NCBI GenBank assembly: GCA_002269645.1 | Contig: NIVC01003273.1 | Span: forward strand, 43,825-107,824 | From: Macrostomum lignano | Taxonomy: Eukaryota | Direction: 5' to 3' | DNA: 64,000 nucleotides | Part shown: positions 25,004 through 39,301 of the stretch, one piece after another | How positions within the stretch are numbered: the first letter of the stretch is position 1 | Layout of the letters: each line of letters starts with the position of its first letter | Notes under the pieces: model-generated | Databases searched by the model: none | Told to the model about the DNA's origin: nothing | The model's input: the letters and a program-made list of their open reading frames with translations, nothing else | Program-made: the position numbers and the translations under genes

Positions 25004-28000
25004 ATGATGTCATTCACTAAAGGTACAAAGAAGAAATATAAAAATACATCCTACTTTTCTCATGATTATATCATTGCAAATCATGGTGACATAGTCAGCT
25101 TTATTGCAATGGTGATTGTCATTGGATTGATGTTCCAGGTATATTCCTACTTTTGTTCCTTATATTTCGTTTGATAATAGTTTCCTTTGCACTTTTACAA
25201 CATTTTGCTTTAATCAGGGGAAAATTACATGAGCTGAGCACATTTGTAGGCCTATGCCAAGACAAAAAATTTTCTAGGACTAGGAAGTGTTTTAAATAGG
25301 CCCTACTTTTATTTGCTAAAAATTGAAAAAAAAAGTTTTCTTAGGGCACAAAGTTTAAAATTGTTTTGTTATTATTCCTTGTTCCATGAATCTGTATTGA
25401 TAGGGCCTAGTATTGCATATATATAGCATTGTTTATATAAAAAGTCACTTTATTTGATCCTAGGCCTAACATGTATGCAAGTGTGCCATAGATTTAAGCC
25501 AAAAATTTTCCACTGTCATTTATGCTAGGATTAGGATATATACTGATATAGGCTATGCTAGAAAATAGCAAGTACCCTTCTTATATGCTAGGAAATCTAA
25601 AATCCTGTGCATAGGCCTATATATAATCACTTTCCAAACTATAGCTATGGGTGGAAGGTTATATTTGGGAAATTCTACTGATTCTACAATTCTAAAAATT
25701 CTACAAATTCTAGTCTTTTTTGTATCCACACTCTGGATCATGTAGTATATACCCAAAAATTTGGGTGTGTACCAAGATGGAATTTTTGCTTGGGGGCCAT
25801 AGTCAAGAAGGTGGCACAATGTGTGCCAGAATAATTTTTTTGGGACAATTTGTGCGCCATCTATGCGCCGTCTATGCGCCATTTGTGCGCTGTCTGTGCG
25901 CCCTCTGTGCGCCACTTCACAAGTAGAGTTTTCTAAGAAAGGCCTTTGTACAAAAAGCCTTTCTAAAGTGTTACGCATATTTTCATTTTAAACAAACTTG
26001 AATTATACCTACAAATAGAGTACTGCAAAATTGACGTTTTTAGCGATAATTTATACTAATTTTATTTACTGTTAATTTTAAAGAAGCAAAAAGTTTATCA
26101 CTGACTTTCTAGACTATACAAATCTCTTTTATTTTACGTAAAATAGTTAATTTGCATTACAATTTTCATGTATGTCAGGGACCTTTTGCGCTGCAATTAT
26201 GCGCCGCATGTGCTAAGGACCTCAGTGTGCGCCATGATTGTGCGCCAAGTGTACCAAGGACCCCTTGTGTGCGCCGCGCTTGTGCACCAAGACCCTTTGT
26301 GTGCGCGGGAATTTTCCCCCTCAGAGGCCACCTTCCTGACTATGGCTCGGGGGTAGGAAAACGTGCGCGCACGTTTTTGGAGCAGCGCGCAAGCGCGCAC
26401 ACCAGCTGTAAAAAAGTCATAATGCAGATCATGGCAGGCCCATGCGCTAAAAAATGAAATTTCTAGTTTTTCAATTCTTATGCCAATGTAAATTAGAAAG
26501 TTGTACTTAAGTGTAAAGTAGGTTAAACACTATAATTTTTTGAAGAAAATATTCTTTTAAAATTATAAGAGTCACTAAACTTTAAAGTAACTGTTTTTGC
26601 TAAAAACTATTATTCTTCATTTTACTTTTGTTTAAAATTTTCCAGCGTAAAAACAACCTTCGGGACTATGAAAAGTGGGAGAACTTGAGTGCGCATACAC
26701 TACATGGCACATAAGCATGTTGAATGCATGTAAAAGTCAAATCCTGTCTGTGATTCTATAGCAAACAGCTTCTTTGCAAGCGCATACAATGGAGCATGCA
26801 CACACCTTCTTTAAGAGCGCGCAAGTAGGCTCCTTTTCAGCACGCAAGCATGCACGAATTTGACAATGCGCACCAAGGCGTAACAACTTTTGTGCAAGAA
26901 TTCCATCCTGGGGTCTACATTGGCCTTGCATGCCAAGGCAAAAGTAGGTGTGCACAGTTGGCGTGCATTGCTTCTAAGAAAATAATATACATGCATACAG
27001 GGCGTGCACTCTATAAAATTATGTAGAAGAGTTATTGTGAAGTAGGACAAAGATGAAAAAAGTTCATTTTTAAGCATAAATTTCAAGGTTTCTTGTTTTT
27101 AAGCATGTAACAAAGCAGTTAAACAAATCATTGCATGTATCAATTTTCTAGTATAAATAGTATTGCCAAAAAAAGCAAAAAACAAATTACTTGCTAAAAA
27201 AGGTTCATTATGCAATTTAAAAGAAGTCATTTATTGTCACAACATAAAAATTCATTTATTGTTGCAACACCATAGTAGTTTTAAGAATGGGCATTCAATT
27301 TTTGGCATGCATTTGTAATTATTCAATTTTTGTTCAGGCATGCATCTAGCTAGGGGGATAGGGGGATAAATCTCATGACTCTCAGTAAATTTGATTTGGG
27401 ACTTGGGAATTTCTTGGAATTGGGAAAAATTATTCAAATTTTTTATTATAAAGAGTATGCTTCAGAGATACTTCTAGTAGTGTAAGTGTCCAAGTGGCAA
27501 GACATTGTCTATACTTTAAATTCAGTCCAAGCAAGAAAAGAAAGAATTGCTATATGATAAATCAAAGTTGCCTAGGAAATAGGGCACACTGATGGGGAAT
27601 TCTAATAGCTAATAGGGTACATTGGCATAGAGGATAGGACATCTAATAGAGAATTGGATAAAGAGGCAGATCACCTATTGACAAAATGCAAGATTAGACA
27701 GATTGTCTGGGTTAGGAAAAAGTAAGTTATTATATAGTTGTTATATAGACTATATATAGTCATAGCATGGGCATACTCACATGAGCTTATGTGTCTGAGT
27801 ATCCCTCTGTCCGAAGTATCTCAGTGTCTGAGTATCCCTCTGTCCGAAGTATCTCAGTGTCTGAGTATCCCTCTGTCCGAAGTATCCCAGTGTCTGAGTA
27901 TCCCTCTGTCCAAAGTATCCCAGTGTTAGCAGCCCTAACTATATTTATAGTTGGCCTCAAGACCATTTATTGCATAAGCCTTTTTGTAAGCTAAGATTCC

Positions 28001-31000
28001 AGGCTGCTGGCACATCAAAGTGCTATGCTAGACCACTGGACTGAGCCTTCTGTATTTGTATATAATATAATGCATTTCTTGTTTATAGCTTATAAATTTT
28101 GCCTTTAAATAATTTTGTTATTTCAGGTCACTGCTCCAGTTTCAAAGCTATTTATTATGCTACAGCATAATGTGACTATTAGAAGTAAGTCGCCTTATCT
28201 TTATTGTTATTCTTTGACACTTAATCTTGTTCTTTTCAAATTATGAAAATAAATCCATAGATCTAATCTTTAATACTTACTTTTGTGACTAGGCAACCAG
28301 GCGTCTATGCAAGACACTGTCAATTGCGTAGGCACTCTCTACACGGCTGGCTATCGGGATCTACTAACCTGTCTGTTCTACACCCTCATCGCTATTGTAA
28401 TTCACGCTGTAGTTCAAGAATATATTATCGACCGACTCTACAAGCGTTTGCATTTTTCTAAGTCTCAGTATGGTAAAGTTAGTGAAATAAGCCAGCAACT
28501 TCTATTCTATCTGATCAGCTTCCTGTGGGGCGCTAATATTGTCTATAAGGAGCGCCTGTTAGCCTCTATCTCGACTCTGTGGACCGGCTATCCTCATCTG
28601 TATCTGTCATTCTGGTTCAAGTTCTATTTTATCTGCCAGATCTGCTACTGGTTGCACTGCTTTCCCGAGCTCTACTTTCAAGTGAGTCAATCAAATTTAC
28701 TGGTTTTGTTTGGGCTTTTTGTTTTGTTCATTTATCACTTAGGCTGGGAAAACTTCGGCCCTCGGGTCCTTTGGAACCAAGCAATAGTAATTCGGCTCTA
28801 TCTTCGCCACCTCAGGCTGTAAATCCACCACCTCAGGCTGTAAATCCACCACCTCAGGTTGTGAATCCACCAGCCACAGGCTGTAATCCACCAACTCAGG
28901 CTGTGATCGACCAACTCAGGCTGTAAATCCATAAATAAACTCAGGCTGTAAATCCATAAATAAACTCAGGCTGTAAATCCATAAATAAACTCAGGCTGTA
29001 AATCCATAAACTCAGGCTGTAAATCCATAAATAAACTCAGGCTGTAAATCCATAAACTCAGGCTGTAAATCCATAAACTCAGGCTGTAAATCCATAAATA
29101 AACTCAGGCTGTAAATCCATAAATAAACTCAGGCTGTAAATCCATAAACTCAGGCTGTAAATCCATAAATAAACTCAGGCTGTAAATCCATAAACTCAGG
29201 CTGTAAATCCATAAATAAACTCAGGCTGTAAATCCATAAACTCAGGCTGTAAATCCATAAACTCAGGCTGTAAATCCATAAATAAACTCAGGCTGTAAAT
29301 CCATAAACTCAGGCTGTAAATCCATAAATAAACTCAGGCTGTAAATCCATAAACTCAGGCTGTAAATCCATAAACTCAGGCTGTAAATCCATAAACTCAG
29401 GCTGTAAATCCATAAATAAACTCAGGATGTAAATCCATAAACTCAGGCTGTAAATCCATAAACTCAGGCTGTAAATCCATAAACTCAGGCTTTAAATCCA
29501 TAAATAAACTCAGGCTGTAAATCCATAAACTCAGGCTGTAAATCCATAAACTCAGGCTGTAAATCCATAAATAAACTCAGGCTGTAAATCCATAAACTCA
29601 GGCTGTAAATCCATAAATAAACTCAGGCTGTAAATCCATAAACTCAGGCTGTAAATCCATAAACTCAGGCTGTAAATCCATAAATAAACTCAGGATGTAA
29701 ATCCATAAACTCAGGCTGTAAATCCATAAACTCAGGCTGTAAATCCATAAATAAACTCAGGCTGTAAATCCATAAACTCAGGCTGTAAATCCATAAACTC
29801 AGGCTGTAAATCCATAAATAAACTCAGGCTGTAAATCCATAAACTCAGGCTGTAAATCCATAAATAAACTCAGGCTGTAAATCCATAAATAAACTCAGGC
29901 TGTAAATCCATAAACTCAGGCTGTAAATCCATAAACTCAGGCTGTAAATCCATAAATAAACTCAGGCTGTAAATCCATAAACTCAGGCTGTAAATCCATA
30001 AACTCAGGATGTAAATCCATAAACTCAGGCTGTAAATCCATAAACTCAGGCTGTAAATCCATAAATAAACTCAGGCTGTAAATCCATAAACTCAGGCTGT
30101 AAATCCATAAACTCAGGCTGTAAATCCATAAATAAACTCAGGCTGTAAATCCATAAACTCAGGCTGTAAATCCATAAATAAACTCAGGCTGTAAATCCAT
30201 AAACTCAGGCTGTAAATCCATAAACTCAGGCTGTAAATCCATAAATAAACTCAGGCTGTAAATCCATAAATAAACTCAGGCTGTAAATCCATAAACTCAG
30301 GCTGTAAATCTATAAACTCAGGCTGTAATTCCATAAACTCAGGCTGTAAATCTGTAAACTCAGACTGTAATTCCATAAACTCAGGCTGTAAATCCATAAA
30401 CTCAGCCTGTAAATTCATAAACTCAGCCTGTAAATCCATAAATTCAGGCTGTAAATATACCACCTCAGACTGTAAATCCACCATCTCAGGCTGTAATCCA
30501 CCATCTCAGGCTGTAATCCACCAACTCAGACTGTAAATCCATAAACTCAGGCTGTAAATCCACCAGCTTAGACTGTAATCTACCATATCAAACCTCGAAA
30601 CCAATCCAAATGACTCAACCACCTCAACTTAATCCTCAGCGCATCAGCCCATCTGAAATGCCCGAGCGCGCCCAGCGCTACGCCATAAATCTGTTATGCA
30701 TTGCGGGAGCCTACCTGTTAAACCTGAATCGCATCGCAGTAGTGCTGCTAGTGCTGCACTATCTAGCTGAAATCATATTTCATTGTTCAAGATTACTGCG
30801 CTTAGCTGGCAGGCGTTCAGAAGCTTGGTATGGCTTCGCCCTGTGGGATCTGGTATTTGTTGCTGTCCGCCTGTTCTCCGTAGCGCTGGCCGGCCTCACG
30901 TTTGCTCTGGGTCTGGAGAAGAACTCTCGCGATCGGATTTCTATTCGAGAGGGCAATTTCAACACTAAGTTTATACGGTGAGTAGTATTTGACGCGTTGA

Positions 31001-32517
31001 AAATGTTGTCGTGACAAAAATCGCTGAAGAGTCATTTTGTTTGCGCTTAACTTTCTACTAACTTAAGTAGAATAAATGGAGTTGTGATTCTAATTCATAA
31101 AGAGCGACTCTGGTACGCCTCAGATACGCCTCGGGGTCGCAGAGATCCCTGGTTTTATGAGAGTGGAGGTTGGAAGGCAGTAGATTCTAGAATGCCCTCG
31201 AGGTCGCAGTGCCACTTAACGTCCCAGATCCAACATTTACTTAGAAATTATTCTATCAGATATACTAGTTTAAATTACTAATCATATTTCTAATTTTCAG
31301 GCTTAATTGTTTGGCTGTGGTGTGTTTACTGCAAGGCTACCTAATGTGGAATTTTATTACGTTTCACGTTAGGAAGGCTCGCCAGTTCTTAGAAACGCAC
31401 GCCGACGTTCAACAGGTGGTCAGTCATGAACGATGTCTAATTAGATCTATTGGACAAGATAATAAGCGTAAGATTTGAGATGCATTTTTTTATTCATTTG
31501 AATTCAGGTCGATACAAACTGTTTTGGTAATGGTGTGCTGGCCTTGATGATGTACCATCCTCTGGGGTCGAGATCTTAGTAATACCCAATATTCTTTCAT
31601 CTGAGAACTTTCATCAGAGCCATTCCGTGGCGTGGTCTTACCATGATGCCTTGATCTTGGGTTGTGACCTTGAAATGATGCCTTTATCTGGGGTTGTGAC
31701 CTTGAAATGATGCCTTGATCTGGGGTTGTGACCTTGAAATGATGCCTTTATCTGGGGTTGTGACCTTGAAATGATGCCTTGATCTGGGGTCGTGACCTTG
31801 AAATTATGCCTTGATCTGGGGTCGTGACCTTGAAATGATGCCTTGATCTGGGGTTGTGACCTTGAAATGATGCCTTGATCTGGGGTCGTGACCTTCAAAT
31901 GATGCCTTGATCTAAGGTTGTGACCTTGAAATGATGCCTTGATCTGGGGTTGTGACCTTGAAATGATGCCTTGATCTGGGGTTGTGACCTTAAAATGATG
32001 CCTTGATCTGGGGTTGTGACCTTGAAATGATGTCTTGATCTGGGGTTGTGACCTTGAAATGATGCCTTGATCTGGGGTTGTGACCTTGAAATGATGCCTT
32101 GATCTGGGGTTGTGACCTTGAAATGATGCCTTGATCTGGGGTTGTGACCTTAAAATGATGCCTTGATCTGGGGTTGTGACCTTGAAATGATGTCTTGATC
32201 TGGGGTTGTGACCTTGAAATGATGCCTTGATCTGGGGTTGTGACCTTGAAATGATGCCTTGATCTGGGGTCGTGACCTTGAAATGATGTCTTGATCTGGG
32301 GTCGTGACCTTGAAATGATGTCTTGATCTGGGGTCGTGACCTTCAAGCGATGTAATAACAGCCATAAATTTGTACTTTATTATGACTAGCATCTGCTGCA
32401 AGACTCAGCGCAGTCTTGGAGGATCGACAGTCAAACAGCAGGGAGCCAACAGCTGTGAAATGTACGTCAGGTTTAAACAGATGTTCTGAGTTGAGGCAGC
32501 GGCGGATGGTGCAGTAG
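25004..32517 (+). CDS. TRAM1: Translocating chain-associated membrane protein (TRAM1-like, TLC domain); exons 25004-25138, 28127-28184, 28293-28681, 30640-30977, 31301-31467, probable last exon 32390-32517 (or read-through stop at 31478)
   Basis: FSHDYIIANHGDIVSFIAM..GLMFQ, LQHNVT, FYFICQICYWLHCFPELYFQ, AGAYLLNLNR..VLHY, GNFNT and MWNFITF match the TRAM family. All junctions are GT-AG and phase compatible. Confidence 0.9.
27791..27925. repeat. 33-bp tandem repeat, 4 copies, TRAM1 intron 1
   Basis: GTGTCTGAGTATCCCTCTGTCCGAAGTATCTCA units. Confidence 0.92.
28810..30570. repeat. 21/25-bp minisatellite (CTCAGGCTGTAAATCCATAAA +/- TAAA), TRAM1 intron 3
   Basis: Two interspersed length variants differing by one TAAA. 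Confidence 0.97.
31640..32345. repeat. 32-bp minisatellite (ATGATGCCTTGATCTGGGGTTGTGACCTTGAA)n, probable TRAM1 last intron
   Basis: About 22 tandem units. Confidence 0.96.
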
Positions 32518-35015
32518 ACTCAATTGTGTTCAAGTTTAAAATGAGAAATATTACTTGTTTCGATTAATTACTATACTTTTACACCAGGGAAGATCTTTAA
32601 TGACTCGCTAGCAGATAAAGGCACATTTGTACGTTACCTTGAGAAAATCACCTTAACCGTAGGAATAGCTGTTTACTGTTCATGGACTTGTGTAATCTTG
32701 TGTCTTAATTCTGTTGCCTATTTGTTCCCTGTGAGGTTTACCAATAGTCAATCTAACAGTAACCTGGACACTAAACCCTGTTGCTCATTATTTCTCATTA
32801 AAACTGGCAGATTTATAAAATGAGAAGTGGATTATTTTTTTGTTCTAATCTAGCATTCTTTTTATTACAATTGCTGCCTATTAGTCAATTTTGTAACAAG
32901 GCATCTCTTGTCTATTATGAAATTCCACGTCTATATGAACACAGAAATGTTAGTAGTCTTTGTACACTTGTAATGCCCGCTTTCTATTGCAATTTGCTGT
33001 TGTGTTTTTTCAACTTAGAAGTTTGCCAAAGCATTTTTTACACTTTACTCGGTAGAGATTCTGTATGAAATTATTCCAGTACGGCCATTCAGTGCAGAAT
33101 ATCACGAAGACTTCTTTATCTAGTCTAAATTCAGCCAAAATCCCCAATTTTTTACTTTTTTTTCTGGTAACATCGCCTTTTCACTATATTGTACGTGTAC
33201 TTATTTTTATCTCAGTCACAACTAGCGCTTGAAATTTTCTCATTTTGTGCTGTATTTTTTCACAGCTACTTTATAATTCCTATCTTATCAGCTTTTACCA
33301 GCTTTGGCTTACATCATATTAACCCTCTATTACTTATGCGTTAAATTTTTAGCTTTAACATTTTATTGATTTATTTTAACAAAAAGAGCAAAGGATGCAA
33401 TAAAACAAATGAGTATTTACTTTTGCACTGTTTCACGCCTAGAAGTGCATGTACGTAATACATGTATATAGCAACACGTTATATTTTATCCGTGTGTTAA
33501 TGTGGTAATGTCTTCATGACAGACTTTCTAAGCATATTCGATATACTTGTACGTCTTGTACTCACAAGGACAAGACTTGATTTGCTGATGCTGATGGAAC
33601 ATACTCGTATAGCGATGCAACTTGACGTCAAGGACCACTGTCCTGCTTGAAGTACTTATTTGATCGTCCTAAATCCCAACTGGAATATTTAATGGGAGCC
33701 TCAAACAGGCAGGAGCTCAGCTCGGGCATGTAGAGTTATTGCTAGCAATCTCAATTAGCTATAGCTCCATTTTTGGTCTTTAATATTACTCTACGCTTTG
33801 CTAAAGTTTATGTTCCATGTAGTAGTACGTGGTAGAAGTAGTAGCAAGTTTTGCTCAGGCAAATAGCCTTGTAAGTATTTGAAAGGGCGTCTGATACTGC
33901 GAACGAACTAAACGACGAGTACGATTATATAGGGAATTAAAAGAATCAGACACTGAATGAAAGAAAAAAATAGTACATGTACAAATATTGATCAATCAAT
34001 ACAATATAACGTAAAAGAGGTTTGCTGACAGTTTTTTGAGCCATAAATAAAAGGTTTACCTCAAAAGTTGCTTTCAGATAAAGAACTGTTCTTTTAAAAT
34101 GTTATAGCATATCTTGAAAACTAAAAAGTTTTGTTTAAACACACAATATATTTTAAATTGTGCACACCGTCTATTTCGAGTTGAATGTTCACGGTCAAAC
34201 TATAAAAGCTTTTGTGGCAGCCGGGTTGCCACCTTGATCATTTATTTTCTGTTAATCTTTTTTAGAGAACTTAATTTTTTCTGCGAAATCATTACGCGCT
34301 CCAACCCTCGGAATTTTTTTTTCGACCCTTGCTTATCACGTCATCATTCCGGCCGTTGACCCGTCTCCGTCCGTCCCAGTTTTGTTTTCTCTATTTTCCC
34401 ACCTGTGGTCCGTTTGTTTCCCCGCTCTTGCATGGCTACTTAATTTTTCAACATTATTTCTGTGTGAATTATGCTCCTGTCCGACGTTCTGCCCACCCCT
34501 TGCCCGGTGCGCCGTTCAAGCCTTGCCCCGTGCCCCGTCTGTTGAAAATTTAGTTTATAACAATATTTATACGATTGCCTTAAACGCTGCTGCCATTTTG
34601 ACAAGTGCAATGTTCTCCCCTTTAGGTCTGTATCGTTACGTTGTTTTAATTTTTCTGTCCACGCCGCAACTTATCCAGTCTTAGTGCACAGCTCGGCTTT
34701 GCTAGCCTCATTTTTGTCAGTCATCTAAAATTATTTTATTTATCTGCCTGCTCAACCATTTATAAGCCCTAGCCTAATATTCAGCCAATAATATTAATAA
34801 TTAACCACATTTATCTTTATCAATTAATTAATCAAGCCCATAGACTATCTTGAGTTCTTTGCCTGCAAGGTGTAAAATAACCAAACAGTTTTCATCTCAA
34901 AGGAAGCTGAGACTAATTGGTTCCATTCCATAATATGATAATTATAGTGGTGGCAGCTCTACCCTACTGATAGTAATCCTCTATAACTTTGTTAACTAGA
35001 AACAAAACAAACAAA

Positions 35016-36308
35016 TATGGGACTATTAAAAAAATAATCATCTTGCACTTTTTTAACAAAGTTCCCACATAGTAACACATTTAGCCAAGCACTCTAGTAG
35101 CTTCTAGATGCCCATAGTATACTAGTCTAGTCTTCACCATGGTATTTGCACAACTAGTTTACCAAGGATGTCAATATAGGCCCCTAGTCACAGAAGCCTA
35201 ATGGCAGCCTTGCAGCAAGTTCTATAGTACCAGAAACAGGCAAACAGCCAAAGTCAAATCCGATAGGGCCAGGTCTGGTAAATGAGCAGAGTGAGAGCTG
35301 TTTGAACCCCAGCTTGTGAATGGCAACCTGTGCCTTGTGACAGGTGTGTGCTGACACATTGTCATGGAGTAACTAGATACTGGTGACCTTGCCACACCTC
35401 TTCTCCTTGATTGTTTCCTTTAGGCTTTAGCTAGTGCAATGTGGCAATGTAAGAGTATTCTATGACCATCCACTTCTTAGGTAGCCACTCAATCAGCAGC
35501 ACCCATTGCCAATCTCAGAAGATAGTGTCCATCTGCTTTTTCATCAATGGCATTGTCTTGGCCTTCATTGGAGTGGGTTCATTGGGGCACTTCTACTGTA
35601 TGCTTTGAGCTTTAGTCTCCAGCTTGTACATGGAGAACATCGACTCATCCCCATCATAATAGAGTCAAGAAACTCATCTTGGTGGTGCTGCATCAGGTGG
35701 AGTAGGTGTTGACATGTTTGCATCCAATTGCACTACATCTCTGCAGTCAGGAGTTTTGGCACCCATCTGGCACAAACCTTTGACATTCCCAGCTGGACCA
35801 TTAGGATGGACTGCATGCTGCCATAACTGATACCACAGGCCCCTGCTATCTTAGCAATAGTCACTTGCCTGTCCTCGTCAAGGAGGCTCTTGATACTATT
35901 GATGACACTCTGACTGGTAGAGGTCCTAGGTTTGCCACTCCAAGGTTTGTCTTTGAAGTCACCTTTGCCTCCTTCAAAACTATGAATCCAGTGGATAATG
36001 GTGCAATATAATGGTGCAGACTCTCCATGTTGCTTTGACAAACAAGCTTCAATTTTCTTTGCTGCTATGCCATACCTCTACTCATAATGGATGATAGCAT
36101 GTATGGCTTTGCTTGAAAAGGGCATAATTGCTCAGGGGTAGTGAAGAAAAAATGTTATAAATTCTTGAGCTAAGCAAAAGTAACTTTAAAACTTTATGCC
36201 TAAGTAGGAGATATAATGTATCTATGGTAAGAACTAAAATCAATTCAAAAGAAGCCCCACATGCAGAAAAAATTAAGCAGTGACAGAACTTTTTGATTGT
36301 CCCTTGTA
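35016..36308 (-). mobile_element. Degenerate mariner (Tc1/mariner) transposon, ~1.3 kb, with transposase pseudogene
   Basis: Minus-strand frames give an HTH region plus RWVPKLL (WVPxxL linker), GDES (first catalytic Asp) and LLHDNVSAH, with many stops. Decayed TIRs: TACAAGGGACAATCAAAAAG (from 36308, minus) and TATGGGACTATTAAAAAA (35016). Confidence 0.85.
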
Positions 36309-38549
36309 GTAAATTCATTGTCTTTAAGACAGCCTGGCTTAATGACAAACTCAACTAGCCATTATTTCAGCTTTAGCAGGCATTTGAACCATAGACAATT
36401 AGTTAACTATGCATTTATTAATTAACATAAGGGAATAATCGCAAACAGTCTACATGGCATTCTGGAATACACTGAAAAAGGGATAGTCAAGACATTTTAG
36501 CTAATAAACAGTGGAAAATGTACACATTAAGCATAAAAACAATACAATAGTCATGGACTGTTTATCAGAAGTTGTTCATTAAAACTGAACATGCAATCCT
36601 TGAAGTGGCAATTCTCAAAGAAGCAAACTGAATGTTCTGAATCTATTCAACCTGAAGATTAATGGACAATGTAGAAATTCACAGTTTCTATATAACCATT
36701 AGTATAGCCACTAATTTATTTACAATGTTGATATATTATACTTACCATGCTTCACCTGCATCACTTGTCTTATCTCCACTGAAGCATAGGTCATACAGTT
36801 TGTTCAGTCATTGACAGGAAGATTTTTCCAATTAATAAGTGGTGCTGTTTGAAAAGATGCACTAGCCATAGTTGTTTGACAAGACAAAAAGCTTTTCCTC
36901 ATACTACCTGCTTTCCTGATTTCTTGCAAGATGCAAATGAAATCAGCACTCATCACAGTGTTGTCTATGGTCAAACTAAAACTCACATCTCAGTCGTCTA
37001 TGGGTAAAATAACTCTCAAAATAGCTAATTAAAGCATGATAAAAAGTGTAAATAATGACCATTTCTAGCAACTAAAATAATGGCTGCCAGACTGCTATGC
37101 TGAAATAATGGCCTTTATGTGTTTTATAGACAATGACATTGCATAGTAGGTAAGGGACTAAGATAATGGCCAAATATAAGTGTGCTACACAATCTACCAT
37201 TGTTTGTACTATCTATCAACCAAATAGGAATTCATTCATATAGGCTTAAACTCATTTAAATAAGTTTAATTGTTCGTGTTTTTGATAAAATATAGATATC
37301 TTATTATATTTTGATAATGAGTTAAAAAAAAACTAAAGGTAATTGAAGTATAGGTGTAATTTATATGTTTATAGCTTATCTTTTGTTGTTACTATTAAGG
37401 CAGTTCTTATCCCTACCTGCTACAGTGCCATAAGAATAATTTTGCATTTTGCATTAAAGGCATTTTGATATAAAATTTTGTCCAACAGTATTTTGTTAAA
37501 AGATGTATTAATAAAATTACTATAGGATTGGGGTATATAGCCAATATATTCAAAAATGTCTACTTATTCCTTATTATTTACAAATATACTCAACAATATA
37601 TAAAAGTTTCTACCCCAAAACCAGTGGTCAACTTTCCTTAGATCTCAGTCCTAAGTGATGTAATTCATACTATATCTATAGACTTATATTGGCTGATTTT
37701 GCAATCAAGTTGCTATGAAAATATGCTGATATTAGTGTGTAGTCAATGATAATATAAAGAATTAATTAACTAATTCATTCATTCATTATTTGACTGATAA
37801 ATAAATCATTAGTTGACTACTAGCTTTGGGTAGAAACTTTATAACATTTGTTAAGCTGAGTGTCGTGGACCAGGTAGCTCTTCTTTGGTACAAAAAATGG
37901 AATTAGCTAAGAGTGCTTGATGCATTTGGCATATAATCATAAGGTATATTGATATTTTAGTGCATAAATTTGGTCAAATTTGTTATAATAATCTCTTAAT
38001 CTAGTGTATATTAAGACATAGAAACTGTATAGATTATCCTTAAAATTATTTTTCTAATGCATGCTATTTAAGTTGTGCTTTGATTGCACACTAAAATATT
38101 TATTATGTTATATATAAATGTTTGCAAAGATTAATAATGTCATTTATACAATTACTTTATAATAAATTATGTTTTCTTAATTCATTTAAGTCCATCTAAT
38201 AGGCTAGGACTATGGATCTAGAACCTTAATCTTATTTTTCCACCAGAAAAAAAGTTGTTTTGTCTGCTAGTAGATAGAAAGTTAATACTCAAAATCAATA
38301 TATACTATTTGAGCTTGGCCTTAATAAAGTACATTAATAATATTTGCTTTATAGTCTTGTTACAATTATTAAATTTAAAAAACATTTTATGATTAAACCA
38401 AATTGCCAATCATGTTAAAATACCAAGAGAGTTTCTGGTGTATACAAGCCTTATAGCTAGTATTGGCATAAACCATGGCATATATTGTGACACTGGGATT
38501 TACAAGCTAGATATGTTATCCCGACCGAAAATATTTGTCCTTTCAAAAA

Positions 38550-39145
38550 CAGTAAGTGTGCCAGTTGTGCCACAAATATGCCCTTTGACAGAGTTATAAA
38601 TGTCTTTGTATGTCATATTTGGCACACTTGATACAATTGTACCAATTGTGCCGTAGCTATGCCATTTGGCACAGTTTGTAAATGTCGATGTATGTCCTAT
38701 TTGGCACACTTGACACAAATAGTATTTTTACTGCTAATTGGCCAATGAAACCAATTGGCACACTTGGCACACTTGCTACAATTGTGCCAGTTGTGCCACA
38801 GCTATACCATTTAGCACAGTTATAAATGTCTTTGTATGTCCTATTTGGCACACCTGGCACAAATAACCTTTTTATAGCTAATTCCTCTTGGAAACCATTT
38901 GGCACACTTGGCGCACTTACTACAAGTGTACCAGTTGTGCCACAGCTATACTATTTGACACAGTTATATAACTGTCTTGGACTGTCCTTCTTGGCACACT
39001 TGGCACGAATATCCTTTTTATAGCTAATTGGTTATTAAAACAGACTGGCACACTTGGCACACTTGTTACAATTGTACCAGTTGTGCCACAGCTATGACAT
39101 TTGGCACAGTTATATGTCTTTGTCCTTCTTGGCACACTTGGCTCA
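38550..39145. repeat. Degenerate ~145-bp tandem repeat rich in GGCAC/GTGCC; inverted partner at 41710-41890
   Basis: The motif GT(G/A)CCAGTTGTGCCACAGCTAT recurs at roughly 145-bp spacing. Confidence 0.75.
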
Positions 39146-39301
39146 AATAACCTTTTTTATTGCTAATTACCTAACAAAACTGTTTGACGCACACCCGGTG
39201 CAACTTGCACTGAGGCTGCGACGTCAGTAGCTTCGATTTTGGCAGATGACCGGCAGGTTTTCACTCCCAACTTGCGGCATGATCTGCTCAGACGCTCGAA
39301 A

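Noticed and set aside
36760-37020. Short minus-strand ORF next to the mariner
   Set aside because: No recognisable motifs and interrupted by stops.
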